A DNA stretch of 56,994 bases from a virus (lineage: Duplodnaviria; Caudoviricetes): IMG/VR virus record IMGVR_UViG_3300014613_000030, positions 1 through 56,994 of that record; one strand, given 5' to 3'. Of this stretch, positions 8,880-18,314 are shown piece by piece. The position numbers and the translations under genes are program-made. The notes under the pieces were generated by a model, which worked only from the letters and a program-made list of their open reading frames with translations, was not told the DNA's origin and searched no databases. How positions within the stretch are numbered: the first letter of the stretch is position 1; every line of letters starts with the position of its first letter.

Positions 8880-9054
8880 TATAATCTCCATTCAGTATGA
8901 TTGTTTCTTCAACTTCTTCATGTTTCCCTTTTCCGACTGGATCATTCGGATGCTGTTTATTGAAAATTGCTGCTGCTTTTGCTTGTGCATCTTTTTTTGA
9001 TAATCCATCTTTAATGAATTTATCTCTCATTTTCTCATAGGCTTCTGGTGCCAT
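8851..9054 (-). CDS. Small hypothetical protein
   Basis: 67 aa; strong GGAGGTGA RBS right after a promoter. Confidence 0.65.
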   Translation of the reverse strand: MAPEAYEKMRDKFIKDGLSKKDAQAKAAAIFNKQHPNDPVGKGKHEEVEETIILNGDYNDPRILEKS

Positions 9055-9090
9055 CTAGTTCTCACCTCCCTCCTTTTTTAGCAGTTTGTG

Positions 9091-9119
9091 GTTATACAAA
9101 TTCATTTGAAAAAATGCAA
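9091..9119 (-). promoter_or_regulatory. Sigma70-type promoter
   Basis: TTGCAT-17 nt-TATAAC in intergenic DNA. Confidence 0.7.
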
Positions 9120-9141
9120 CTAAAAATGTTTTGCTTCTTCT

Positions 9142-10086
9142 CTACAATATCTTTATATAACACTCTCTTTCTCCACCTAAGGCTATTTGATCTTCGCCAA
9201 TATGTGATACGTTTTTGAATCCAGATATTTTTATCGGGGTTCCCTTTTCCATATTTTCTACTTTTGGCCCAAGTCTTTTATACATATCATTCCAACATAC
9301 TATATTGAAACTTTCATTGACATTTTTTATATTCATAAGAATCATCTTTCCACGTTTGCTGTTTATGATTCTTATTTTATCTATGAATCCCGCAACAACC
9401 ACTCTATCACCAACTTCGGCCTTATAGAACATATCTATTGTAAATAACCCCTTAAGTTTATCAGGATAGATATTCTTGATTGATTTCATCAGATATGGCA
9501 TAATTTCTTTTGCAGCTTTATTCCATTCTGAAATTTTTATGCTTTTAAATTCTTCCTTATCTTTTCTTAGTTTGTGATATTCTTTTATAATATCATTTCT
9601 ATTTCCGAATTTCTTAAAAAGACTGGCTGTTATCATCTTTTTAACTACTCTTACATTTATAACTCTTCTGTCAATTCTATTAAAAAAATCTTCAAATGAA
9701 CCAAATGGTTGTTCGTCAACAATTACCCTTGCAGCTTTTGGACCTACTCCTTTTATGCTTGTTAGAGACCAGACTATTTTGTCACCCTTTATTCTAAATC
9801 GATCTTTTGAATCATTTATATTTGGCAAAAGGAATTTTACCTTATATAAGGTGCTTGATACTTCTTTTATTATAAGATATTCATCATCAGTTGCTTGTTG
9901 TAAGAAAGCACAAAAAAATTCTGTTGGAAAATGAACCTTGAGATATGAAGTTGCATTAGATACTAGAGAATAAGCTGTGCTATGAGCACGGGGAAAAGCG
10001 TAGTGTCCGAACCCCAACATATCATTCCATATGGATTCAGCTATATTTTTTATTTCTTCCTTTGTCCCGAAACCGTTTTTATCCAT
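9142..10086 (-). CDS. dnaE: DNA polymerase III alpha, C-terminal part (fingers end, HhH, OB fold)
   Basis: YAFPRAHSTAY...YLKVHFPTEF, LPNINDS, SIKGVG, FGSFEDF, C-terminal OB; has its own GGGAG RBS. Confidence 0.92.
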   Translation of the reverse strand: MDKNGFGTKEEIKNIAESIWNDMLGFGHYAFPRAHSTAYSLVSNATSYLKVHFPTEFFCAFLQQATDDEYLIIKEVSSTLYKVKFLLPNINDSKDRFRIKGDKIVWSLTSIKGVGPKAARVIVDEQPFGSFEDFFNRIDRRVINVRVVKKMITASLFKKFGNRNDIIKEYHKLRKDKEEFKSIKISEWNKAAKEIMPYLMKSIKNIYPDKLKGLFTIDMFYKAEVGDRVVVAGFIDKIRIINSKRGKMILMNIKNVNESFNIVCWNDMYKRLGPKVENMEKGTPIKISGFKNVSHIGEDQIALGGERECYIKIL

Positions 10087-10098
10087 TATATTCTCCCT

Positions 10099-10290
10099 TT
10101 AATCTCCTTCGCAGCAAATTTTGCATGGGAGATAATCATATTCCCATTTTTTGTCATTGAACACAAATATCTCTTTTGCTCTTTTTAATCCAGGACAATC
10201 TTTACTCTCGTGCGCTTTTCTATGTGGAACCCATACTAATGGGATGAATCCCGTTGTGCTAAATGGTTTTTTACTAAAATATAGTTTCAT
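10099..10290 (-). CDS. Small Zn-binding protein inserted into dnaE (resembles the Ada metal-binding motif)
   Basis: H...C...PCKIC; GGAGG RBS; ATGA overlap with the dnaE-N stop. Confidence 0.65.
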   Translation of the reverse strand: MKLYFSKKPFSTTGFIPLVWVPHRKAHESKDCPGLKRAKEIFVFNDKKWEYDYLPCKICCEGD

Positions 10291-12998
10291 TTTATTCCTC
10301 CTTTCCTTTTTTCGTCCATTTTTCTTTCAGACCACTTTTTTACAGCGGATTCTATAAATTCTTCTTTAAAAGCAAAAAAGTCTTTTTGATTCTTCGACTT
10401 TATCACCTTTCTCATTTGTTCGGATTTAATGGCATCCATTCCAGCAAATTCAGAAGCACATCTCATCACATGTTCTGAGTATACTAAGACTCCAAGGCTA
10501 TCTTTTACAACTGCTTCCATAGATGGATGTTTATAGGTTATTTTTTCTCTACCATGTTTTCTGTCAATATAGTGATCAAATGCTCCTGAAGCCAATGGGC
10601 CAGGTCTATCTGCTGAAATTGCAAATATGATATCTTCTATATTATCTGGTTTCATTAATCTTAAAAAATGTTTCATTTTAACATCGTTTAATTGAAAAAC
10701 ACCAAGATTTTCTCCTTTAGATAAGGACTTGTAAACGGCTTTGTCATCAAGTGGGATTAACTCTAATGATATTTCTTTATCATGTCTTTCTTTAATGAGA
10801 TCTATTGATTCGTTTATTATCGTCAAATTTTTGACACCAAGAATATCAAGCACAGTAGCTCCGACTTCATTTAAATATTCTTCATATGTATGAGAGTTTT
10901 CCCATTGGGTACAGAATACTCTTTCACCTCCCTTATCTGCAGACAACTTGTTAGTTCTGACAGGGAGCCAATGATGATATGGTTCTGGAGAAACAATAAT
11001 CCCTGCTGGATGTAATGATTCTGCGTATGCATTTCCTATTATTGGCTTCACATATTTGTCAAACCATTTTTTGTTATTAGCAAACCATTCTGATACTTGT
11101 GATTTTTCAAGATCTTCTTCTTTGTCTGGCATGATCTTTGTTATTTTATTTATTTCTTGATATTGAAATGGTTCAAGTTTTTCTTCCAGTATTTTTCTTT
11201 CTTTATCAGTTTTTACATTCTCAATTTTTTTCTTGATGTCGAAAGCCTCTACTCTGGCCATGTTTTTTACTGCTGCCTTGAGTTGTGTTCTTCCGAAACT
11301 TCCGACAGAACAAATATGATCATCACCATACTTGTTCTTAACATACTTTATGGCCTCATCTCTAAATGTGTGTGATATGTCCAAATCAATATCGATATCA
11401 GCCATTCTTGCCTCAATTCTAGCAGGGCTGATAAACCTTTCAAATAGTATATTGAATTTTATTGGATCCACAATAGACATTCCTATTAGCCAGAGAACAA
11501 CACTCCCATTAGCTGATCCACGAAGGGAGCATAAACAATCTCTACCTTTTAAATGTCTTATTAGATCATCAAATATTAGGATATATGAAATAACTTCCAT
11601 TTTCGTGAAAGCATCTATTTCTCTTTCTATTCTATCAAGATAAACCTTTTTGTCTCCGAATAATTCCTTGGTTTTTCCTTTTAGCCCAATTCGAACCCTG
11701 TATCTCAGATACTCTTCTTCTGATTGGCCTTTCTTGTAATAAGGAAAATCCTTTATTTCTATCTTGGGAATTCGAAGACCACCAGTTGGGATTTCATAAT
11801 TACATTTATCTGCAATTTCCACTGTGCTATTAATAGCTTCATTAAAAGAATTTTTAGGGATATACTTACACTTATTCTTCCATGTATCTTGTATCTCTTC
11901 GTATGATTTTAACCATATTGAATCACAATATGCTTCTGAAAGGTCTGAATCTATCTTCATTCTTATAACTTTTGCCTGAACTTCATGCATTCCTTTATTA
12001 ACATAGTGAACGTCATTTGTGATAACAAGTTTTATGTCTATCTCTTTTGCCATTTTTATGAGTTTAAGGTTATAGTCTTTTTGTATGTCTACACTATTTT
12101 CATCTCGTATATTGTGTAGCTGTATTTCTAAATATAAGTCGTTGCCAAAGAGTTTTTTGAGCCATTTAGCCTTATGGTATGCGTCTTTCTCACTGCCATA
12201 GACTAAGTCCTTGCCCATCAAACCCTTTAGGCAAGCCGTTAACACTACTAAACCATTGCGATGCTTTGTAAGCATTTTATAATCAATTCTTGGACGATAA
12301 TAAAAGTTTTCCTGTGACCATGACAGCTTTTGTAGAGCTAATATATTTTTATAACCATCTTCATCTTTTGCCAATAACACGATATGATTGTTTGATCTAT
12401 TATCGCCATCGTGAATTGTGGCATCCTTGACGATATATGTTTCTACTCCAAAGATAGGCTTTATTTCGAGGGTCTTAGAGACAAGATTGAGTTCCATATG
12501 TGCGGATACATTGCCATGATCTGTAACCGCCATTGCATGCATTCCAAGCTCTTTGGTTCTTTTCAAATAATCAGATGTCTTTGTTACTCCATCGAGGAGG
12601 GAATGATCTGTATGAATATGTAAGTGTACGAAAGGAGATCTGATCTTGACTTGTCTTTTCCTATTTGTAATTGGAATAAGTTGTTCAATTTTTATTGGAA
12701 GGATTGCGCTTTTGAGTTTTTTGCTTTTTCTTGGTTTAATTATTATTGAACTTTTTTCAAGAAAATATGGATTACCTTTGAACATAATAACTAATCTTTT
12801 TATGTTACTTGGTATTTTTTCGTAAATTTTTACTGGAATATTTGTTTCTTTCTGTTCTTTAAATTCATAGTTAGTTTCATACAAGAAGAATTTCCCGAGA
12901 TTTGAAAGTATAATGTATGAGTTTTCATCAACCTTTATTGATTTCACTATTTTTAGGTTGTAATCTAACCTTAATTTCTGCGAGTAATCCTTTAACAT
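10287..12998 (-). CDS. dnaE: DNA polymerase III alpha, N-terminal part (PHP and catalytic core)
   Basis: HLHIHTDHSLLDG, TDHG, GVETY, NDVHY, RGSANGS, FERFISP, DIDIDLD, HPAG, DILG, GVFQL, RPGP; about 120-aa extra N-terminus. Confidence 0.95.
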   Translation of the reverse strand: MLKDYSQKLRLDYNLKIVKSIKVDENSYIILSNLGKFFLYETNYEFKEQKETNIPVKIYEKIPSNIKRLVIMFKGNPYFLEKSSIIIKPRKSKKLKSAILPIKIEQLIPITNRKRQVKIRSPFVHLHIHTDHSLLDGVTKTSDYLKRTKELGMHAMAVTDHGNVSAHMELNLVSKTLEIKPIFGVETYIVKDATIHDGDNRSNNHIVLLAKDEDGYKNILALQKLSWSQENFYYRPRIDYKMLTKHRNGLVVLTACLKGLMGKDLVYGSEKDAYHKAKWLKKLFGNDLYLEIQLHNIRDENSVDIQKDYNLKLIKMAKEIDIKLVITNDVHYVNKGMHEVQAKVIRMKIDSDLSEAYCDSIWLKSYEEIQDTWKNKCKYIPKNSFNEAINSTVEIADKCNYEIPTGGLRIPKIEIKDFPYYKKGQSEEEYLRYRVRIGLKGKTKELFGDKKVYLDRIEREIDAFTKMEVISYILIFDDLIRHLKGRDCLCSLRGSANGSVVLWLIGMSIVDPIKFNILFERFISPARIEARMADIDIDLDISHTFRDEAIKYVKNKYGDDHICSVGSFGRTQLKAAVKNMARVEAFDIKKKIENVKTDKERKILEEKLEPFQYQEINKITKIMPDKEEDLEKSQVSEWFANNKKWFDKYVKPIIGNAYAESLHPAGIIVSPEPYHHWLPVRTNKLSADKGGERVFCTQWENSHTYEEYLNEVGATVLDILGVKNLTIINESIDLIKERHDKEISLELIPLDDKAVYKSLSKGENLGVFQLNDVKMKHFLRLMKPDNIEDIIFAISADRPGPLASGAFDHYIDRKHGREKITYKHPSMEAVVKDSLGVLVYSEHVMRCASEFAGMDAIKSEQMRKVIKSKNQKDFFAFKEEFIESAVKKWSERKMDEKRKGGIK

Positions 12999-13179
12999 AT
13001 TCTTCTCCTAATCCCTCCTTGTTATGTTCTGAATATAAATATGGTGGTTCTACATTTTCCATTTTAATCCAATTCAGCATACCAGAAAGGTTACTTACTA
13101 ATCCTTCAAATTCATCAATGTTTTTAATTACTAAAATTTGAATTCCACTCATTGATAAAAATTTCATAATGTTTTCCAA
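12928..13179 (-). CDS. Hypothetical protein
   Basis: 83-aa ORF overlapping both neighbours. Confidence 0.5.
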   Translation of the reverse strand: MENIMKFLSMSGIQILVIKNIDEFEGLVSNLSGMLNWIKMENVEPPYLYSEHNKEGLGEEYVKGLLAEIKVRLQPKNSEINKG

Positions 13180-14408
13180 TCTCCCGTAATATATTTATAT
13201 GTGTTATCTGTTATTGCTCTGTGTTGCTTAAGTGATGATAATGAATTATTAAACAATGATTCGATTTCGTTCCTTATTCCTTTTTTCTCAGAACGCCTCA
13301 TGAGCCCTTCAATTGTTGCTATGTATATATCATCTTCGAGAATATATTCCAATAATGTTAAAGCAGCCTTATATAACCCATGTTCAATTAAGATATAAGA
13401 TGAAACAGATATGAAATAATCTCTAAGTGGGGAATTTAATACATGATAGCTTTCAGGTATGTTGTTAGTGATAATTTCTGTTAAACTTTGTTCTAATAAG
13501 CTGGTAGGATCAGTAAATGCAATTAGTTTCTCAAAAACAGCTATTGCTTTTTCGATAGTATGATAAAAATCTTCCAAACTATCAAATCTGTTCATAATAT
13601 TTGGTTTGTTTGTTTCATAATAAACATTGTAATTATGGCTTAGAATATCACCGATTCTTTTTTCCATTGTCGTATAATAATGGAAAGAGGTTGCATAATG
13701 ATTATATGTTCCTAATTTTAAACCCAGAATAGATGCAATTATTTCTTGCAAAAATGTCCACTCAAAGATGTTAATGTTATATGCTCCCCATATCACATCG
13801 TTGCTTCTGAGATACGTGTAACAATTAAGTCTGTTATCTCTGACAAGAAACTGTATAAATATCGTGCATGGTCTATCTTTTGTTTTAAAATCAGGATCGT
13901 AATCCCATGTAGGGTCTGGGATCATAATTATGGATTGTCTTGTGAATTTATCTTGTTTTATTGCTTTTATAGCATTTAAAATTTGGTCGGTATTTTTTTT
14001 ATCTAATTGGGATATTTCATAATTTTTTGAAGGGGCATTCCAATTCTCATCATAAAGAAAAAATCTGTTATTTAGTACATCATAAACTCTTAAACGAGGG
14101 CCATATGCTCCTCCCCATAAGAATGGAGTATTCGGGTCAGCATAATCTACACAGTTTGGTAAAAAGAATTTAAGAAAATTCAAATCATTTCTTCCAGAAA
14201 ATACCCAAAATGTCTCTGCAATAGTTGCAGATATATTATTATACCTATATGGTTGAGTTAAAAACCTCATTCTTGGATTTGTTATAGCGAAATTATATCC
14301 GGTTATCTCTATGACATCTGTTCCTCTTGTGTGATATGGTTGCCCATCTTTTTTAAGATCGTTAAGAGAATTTCTAAATGACGAATTTATGTCAGATGTG
14401 CTATGCAT
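13164..14408 (-). CDS. Thymidylate-synthase superfamily enzyme, probably dUMP hydroxymethyltransferase (5hmdU synthesis)
   Basis: AYGPR, TRQ, KDRPC, RSNDVIWG..IN.FEW.FLQE, GTY.H...SFHYY; Asn, not Asp, near the specificity position; about 150-aa C-terminal extension. Confidence 0.8.
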   Translation of the reverse strand: MHSTSDINSSFRNSLNDLKKDGQPYHTRGTDVIEITGYNFAITNPRMRFLTQPYRYNNISATIAETFWVFSGRNDLNFLKFFLPNCVDYADPNTPFLWGGAYGPRLRVYDVLNNRFFLYDENWNAPSKNYEISQLDKKNTDQILNAIKAIKQDKFTRQSIIMIPDPTWDYDPDFKTKDRPCTIFIQFLVRDNRLNCYTYLRSNDVIWGAYNINIFEWTFLQEIIASILGLKLGTYNHYATSFHYYTTMEKRIGDILSHNYNVYYETNKPNIMNRFDSLEDFYHTIEKAIAVFEKLIAFTDPTSLLEQSLTEIITNNIPESYHVLNSPLRDYFISVSSYILIEHGLYKAALTLLEYILEDDIYIATIEGLMRRSEKKGIRNEIESLFNNSLSSLKQHRAITDNTYKYITGDWKTL

Positions 14409-14410
14409 CT

Positions 14411-14635
14411 CTATTCCTCCTCTTCTTTCATGATAGAATTAATTTCGTCTTCTTCAAGAGCTTCATCAATAGCATTACCTATGATCATTATGTCGGCTAT
14501 TCTTTTGATATTTCTTCCAATAAATAAAAGAGCAACTCCTATGAGCATTTGAACCATTATGCTTAAAAAGAAATATCCTTCAAAACTTCCCATTATCTTT
14601 TCCATTTCCATATCAGTTTCCTCCGAGCAATTCAT
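14411..14635 (-). CDS. Small membrane protein
   Basis: One TM segment and an acidic tail. Confidence 0.6.
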   Translation of the reverse strand: MNCSEETDMEMEKIMGSFEGYFFLSIMVQMLIGVALLFIGRNIKRIADIMIIGNAIDEALEEDEINSIMKEEEE

Positions 14636-15635
14636 TAGCAGACATCAAAACCAAAGTCCCGGCAAGGCTCTCAATTCTCCTTCTATTAAGATAATCATGT
14701 TCTTTAGCAAATCTTGTTGTTAGATCAAGAACTGTATAGAGGTCTAAATCAAGATTAATTGCCTCCTCTTCTTTTTCATCAATCATCATTTTTATAACGA
14801 GTTTCTCGTTAGTATCGAATTTGCTTTTTCCAACAGCATTTCTTATCTTTTTTACTTGGTCCTCGCCATGCGATAATGATTTGACCGGGTTTTTTTTCAT
14901 AATCTTAAAAGTATCTCCAAGCATTTTTCCATTTGCATCAACTGTTTTGATATTTGTATTTAGTTGGTCTAAAAATATATCTTCATTCATTGAAATTGAA
15001 TAACTCATTTTGAAACCGTTTAATAGTGGATGCTTTTCTCTCATTACTAATCCATTTGTGCAAACAAGCCTATTGAGATACGGAAAACCAGTTGTTGGAA
15101 AATGCCCAACATCACTCGACATCAATTCAAGACCGATGTTCATAACATCTCCCTTGGATACTTCTACTGGCTTTTCGGCATCAGAGGTGACAACTCTAAT
15201 TCCATAATCACTGTAGGACCCAGAGTGAAAAATATTTCTTCCTATTCCTGAGCGTTCTAGGACTTTGGTATCTCTTACAAAACGATGACTTGGTTTCGTT
15301 ATTGCCCTTACTTCATTATCTTGGGTACACATCATAATTTCTGAATCTTCAGTGTACTCTTCTTTCATCCTATTGATATCTCTAATCAACATATCAGTTG
15401 GTGCTTTTTTATAATAAAAGTTTACTGGCATCTGAAATGTCCTGAGTAAAGTCTTCATTCCTGAATCTCTCAACGGATAAGTCTTGCCTTTTACTTTTAA
15501 CCCATCTTCTTTTAAAGTCCAATCTTTAAATTCAACTGTTTGTTCTTTTTTTGTTTTATCTTGTTCTCTTAAAAAACCAAGAAAATTACTTTGCTTTTTA
15601 AAATTCTTTATTTCGTTCGGTATTAAGTCTATCAT
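14613..15635 (-). CDS. DUF932-like phage protein
   Basis: SSDVG...RLVCTNG motif. Confidence 0.6.
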   Translation of the reverse strand: MIDLIPNEIKNFKKQSNFLGFLREQDKTKKEQTVEFKDWTLKEDGLKVKGKTYPLRDSGMKTLLRTFQMPVNFYYKKAPTDMLIRDINRMKEEYTEDSEIMMCTQDNEVRAITKPSHRFVRDTKVLERSGIGRNIFHSGSYSDYGIRVVTSDAEKPVEVSKGDVMNIGLELMSSDVGHFPTTGFPYLNRLVCTNGLVMREKHPLLNGFKMSYSISMNEDIFLDQLNTNIKTVDANGKMLGDTFKIMKKNPVKSLSHGEDQVKKIRNAVGKSKFDTNEKLVIKMMIDEKEEEAINLDLDLYTVLDLTTRFAKEHDYLNRRRIESLAGTLVLMSANELLGGN

Positions 15636-15799
15636 TTTTCTTCCTCCTCGTTTTTAATTTGGTCAAGCATCGGAGACCATCTTTCATACCAATTCTTAAA
15701 TAATTTCCTATCCCCACTACGTTTAAATTCATCAAGAGCATTCATTACATCATTAAAAGCTTCTTCTAATGCCTTCCTGCTTAATTGTTCATCAGCCAT
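15632..15799 (-). CDS. Small hypothetical protein (55 aa, not in ORF track)
   Basis: MADEQLSRKALEEAF...EEEK*; GGAGG RBS; ATGA overlap with the next gene. Confidence 0.6.
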   Translation of the reverse strand: MADEQLSRKALEEAFNDVMNALDEFKRSGDRKLFKNWYERWSPMLDQIKNEEEEK

Positions 15800-16166
15800 T
15801 ATTACCTCCGTTTTTGTTTAAATCCTTTTTATAGCTATCACTAATTAATGCCCATCCAGGATAATGTAATTGAACTTTTCCGCCTACATCTTTTTCAAGA
15901 GCCAAAGCATCCATACACCACAGACATAATATCCCACCTACGCCTTCAATGCTTTTAAGGTTAGGCTTGCCCATAATTGTATTCCATATTTTGTTTTCAA
16001 CTACAGCGTCTATACTGTCTCTTCTGCCGCATCTTTGACAAGCAGAAACATCATGTCTTGGCTGGTGTAAATGGTTCAATCTACCTAATTCACTTTCTGC
16101 TACCTTTAAAGCACTAATAAGTTCATCTCTAGTCATTGCATGATAATATCTCATCATAATCTCCAT
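15792..16166 (-). CDS. Zn-finger hypothetical protein
   Basis: CQRCG...W...GGILCLWC. Confidence 0.7.
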   Translation of the reverse strand: MEIMMRYYHAMTRDELISALKVAESELGRLNHLHQPRHDVSACQRCGRRDSIDAVVENKIWNTIMGKPNLKSIEGVGGILCLWCMDALALEKDVGGKVQLHYPGWALISDSYKKDLNKNGGNNG

Positions 16167-16726
16167 TTTGGTTTTTGCCTATAAATATACAATACAGCTT
16201 TTTTAGCATAATGTGCAACGTTAAAGTTGGAGCATTCAAAGCCCAAACGTTGAAGACTCCAAGGGCGATTTCTGGTTGCTGATGGTATTTCACATTTTCC
16301 TTCTCTGCCTTTTACTGTTCTGTTAACACAATACTGACATTCTTTGTGAACAAGAAACATCAAAGTATCATAGTTCCCATTTCTTATATATCTCAACAAT
16401 AACGGGTAAGCATCTTTTGAGAGTTTTATTGTTTCTACATCATCTACTGATTTCCCATGCTTATCTATATGCGGATACTTTACTATCTTTCCTCCTTCTC
16501 TTATAATTAAATTTCCATCAATGATTTCATCGCACCAGGGGCATTTTCTTATTGTTCCAAATTTCCCCTTAAACTCATATATATCCATTATCTTTCCATC
16601 AAGCCATGGAAGAAATAAGGATGTTTGAACAGGACTTTCATTGCAATAAAGAAAACATTTATTTTGAGTTATTTTAAGCGATGGATTTTTTATTCTTAGC
16701 CTTCTAACCAATTCAAAATTTTTCAT
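16154..16726 (-). CDS. Cys-rich protein, divergent DUF2284-like
   Basis: ECQYC...KC...RPWSLQRLG resembles the DUF2284 C-terminal CxxC..C..RPSxExxG pattern. Confidence 0.4.
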   Translation of the reverse strand: MKNFELVRRLRIKNPSLKITQNKCFLYCNESPVQTSLFLPWLDGKIMDIYEFKGKFGTIRKCPWCDEIIDGNLIIREGGKIVKYPHIDKHGKSVDDVETIKLSKDAYPLLLRYIRNGNYDTLMFLVHKECQYCVNRTVKGREGKCEIPSATRNRPWSLQRLGFECSNFNVAHYAKKAVLYIYRQKPKWRL

Positions 16727-16938
16727 TTATTCACCTTTATAAGAAGATCTTCTGGGTAATGCATGAATGTTCTTTTTTTCTTATTTTTAAGAGTTCTCCT
16801 GTTCTGGTTTTCTACAATGTGCGGGCCATATGGCCTTTCAATTCCTAAATGTGTTCCTCTGAGAAATACTTCTTGTCCATCTTTAACTTCAAGCCATGAT
16901 ATTGATCTGAATCCTTCTAGTTGCGACTCGGTTATCAT
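16723..16938 (-). CDS. Hypothetical protein
   Basis: 71 aa; GGAGG RBS. Confidence 0.65.
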   Translation of the reverse strand: MITESQLEGFRSISWLEVKDGQEVFLRGTHLGIERPYGPHIVENQNRRTLKNKKKRTFMHYPEDLLIKVNK

Positions 16939-16953
16939 TTTATTAACCTCCCT

Positions 16954-17352
16954 TTACACTAGGAATAAATTTTTCTTTGGGTTATTTTTTAGAAATTTCT
17001 TTATTGTATCTTCTGTTCCACCTTTCCTATCTTTAGATATGCAAGCTATTATCTTATCAGAACTTATTGCTACATCAGTATTTCTTATAAACAATGCTGC
17101 TGGACTTCCATATTTTTTGAAGTTAGGGTAGAAAATCATTATCGGAATTCCATATTTCTTTGCTATTATTTCTGCAAAACGATCACCACCTTTTGGACAT
17201 CCACCAGAACATATCCAATCTTCTCCTTGATATAACTTAAAAAACTTTTTTTCAACCTTCTCATAAGCAACTGATGAATCTCTTCTTCTGGTTCCTATTA
17301 TGCCTATAACCTTAATTAATTCAGGAGTTTTTATCATCATCTTCCTCTTCAA
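16954..17352 (-). CDS. SLOG-superfamily (YspA/DUF2493-like) protein
   Basis: IGIIGTR, SGGCPKGGDRFA, YG..A...RN, GGT..TI. Confidence 0.8.
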   Translation of the reverse strand: MKRKMMIKTPELIKVIGIIGTRRRDSSVAYEKVEKKFFKLYQGEDWICSGGCPKGGDRFAEIIAKKYGIPIMIFYPNFKKYGSPAALFIRNTDVAISSDKIIACISKDRKGGTEDTIKKFLKNNPKKNLFLV

Positions 17353-17509
17353 CTTCTTCTATGGTGACTTTAATTGTCCTATCTTCGTAATCTCTAAATA
17401 TTTGTTCAACAGTTTCAGTATCTATAAACAATCCTTTATCTACATCTTCCCAGTTACCATAAATATTTCTTTTCACTTTGCCTATTACAACTTTAGATTC
17501 TAAAGTCAT
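17321..17509 (-). CDS. Hypothetical protein
   Basis: 62 aa; GGAG RBS. Confidence 0.6.
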   Translation of the reverse strand: MTLESKVVIGKVKRNIYGNWEDVDKGLFIDTETVEQIFRDYEDRTIKVTIEEVEEEDDDKNS

Positions 17510-17510
17510 T

Positions 17511-18137
17511 TTATTTCTCCTTCACTAACATCATAGTCACAGCTGTTAGGGAATTTATTACAGGAAATTCGTAATCAATATCTAAATTTTCCAGCATTTT
17601 ATAAACATCAATCCCTATAGCTTCAAGTGATGGGAGACATCCTCTTACGCACGGAGGGTTATCCCGATTTTCGCATTTAAAAGCACAGAGATTGCAAGGC
17701 CCTTGTATCAGACCAAAACATTTATATCCTGACTTTCTCAATTTTGCTCTATATATAGCTGTTAGTCGAGTTAGTTCCCTGCTTTGTCCTGCTTCTGTCC
17801 CCTTTAGTTGTCTTCCTTTTTTAATTTTAAACTCTATGTGGGATAATTCTTCTTTATTAACCTTCCAACTTTTTGTTCCATCATTTTTCCATACAAAGAC
17901 TATTGCAGTATCAAAAGATCTTATAAATTTTACTGTTGACTGGATTGTTTTAAATTGCTTGTATGTTTGCCAAAGATATGGCGGACAAGAAATCGAACGA
18001 GACCAAAGTCCGCAATGTAGACAGCCAAATCTTGCAATCAGATCTAATGGTATTTTTGAAGGTTTAATATATCTTATTTCAGATAAACATTCAGGAAATT
18101 CAAAATTATCAATTATTTTTTTTAATATATTTTTCAT
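17511..18137 (-). CDS. DUF2284-family predicted metal (Fe-S?) binding protein
   Basis: GCLHCG....SCPP and GPCNLC...C....PC...PSLEAIGIDV. Confidence 0.78.
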   Translation of the reverse strand: MKNILKKIIDNFEFPECLSEIRYIKPSKIPLDLIARFGCLHCGLWSRSISCPPYLWQTYKQFKTIQSTVKFIRSFDTAIVFVWKNDGTKSWKVNKEELSHIEFKIKKGRQLKGTEAGQSRELTRLTAIYRAKLRKSGYKCFGLIQGPCNLCAFKCENRDNPPCVRGCLPSLEAIGIDVYKMLENLDIDYEFPVINSLTAVTMMLVKEK

Positions 18138-18314
18138 TTAATCAGTATCCTCTGGCTTATTATTTAAGAGTGCAGCATTCTTCAATTTATTAATAAGACA
18201 TAAATGACAAGTACACTTATCTCTTAAACTTATTATCTTACAGCTACCAAAATGATAAGGTCTCCACTGATCCGTTAGCATAGATACTATTTCTGTTATC
18301 TCTTCTTTATTCAT
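18138..18314 (-). CDS. Small Cys-containing protein (58 aa, not in ORF track)
   Basis: MNKEEITE...CTCHLC...EDTD*; abuts both neighbours. Confidence 0.55.
   Translation of the reverse strand: MNKEEITEIVSMLTDQWRPYHFGSCKIISLRDKCTCHLCLINKLKNAALLNNKPEDTD

Noticed and set aside
10087-10320. Split intein or self-splicing intron in dnaE
   Set aside because: No intein N- or C-terminal motifs (C/S start, HN-C/S/T end). The 233 nt is almost entirely an ORF with RBSs on both sides, and I see no group I/II core.
13164-14408. T4-like dCMP hydroxymethylase or ordinary ThyA
   Set aside because: No Asp at the specificity position and no LPFN or other ThyA-specific motifs. Disfavoured, but not excluded without an alignment.
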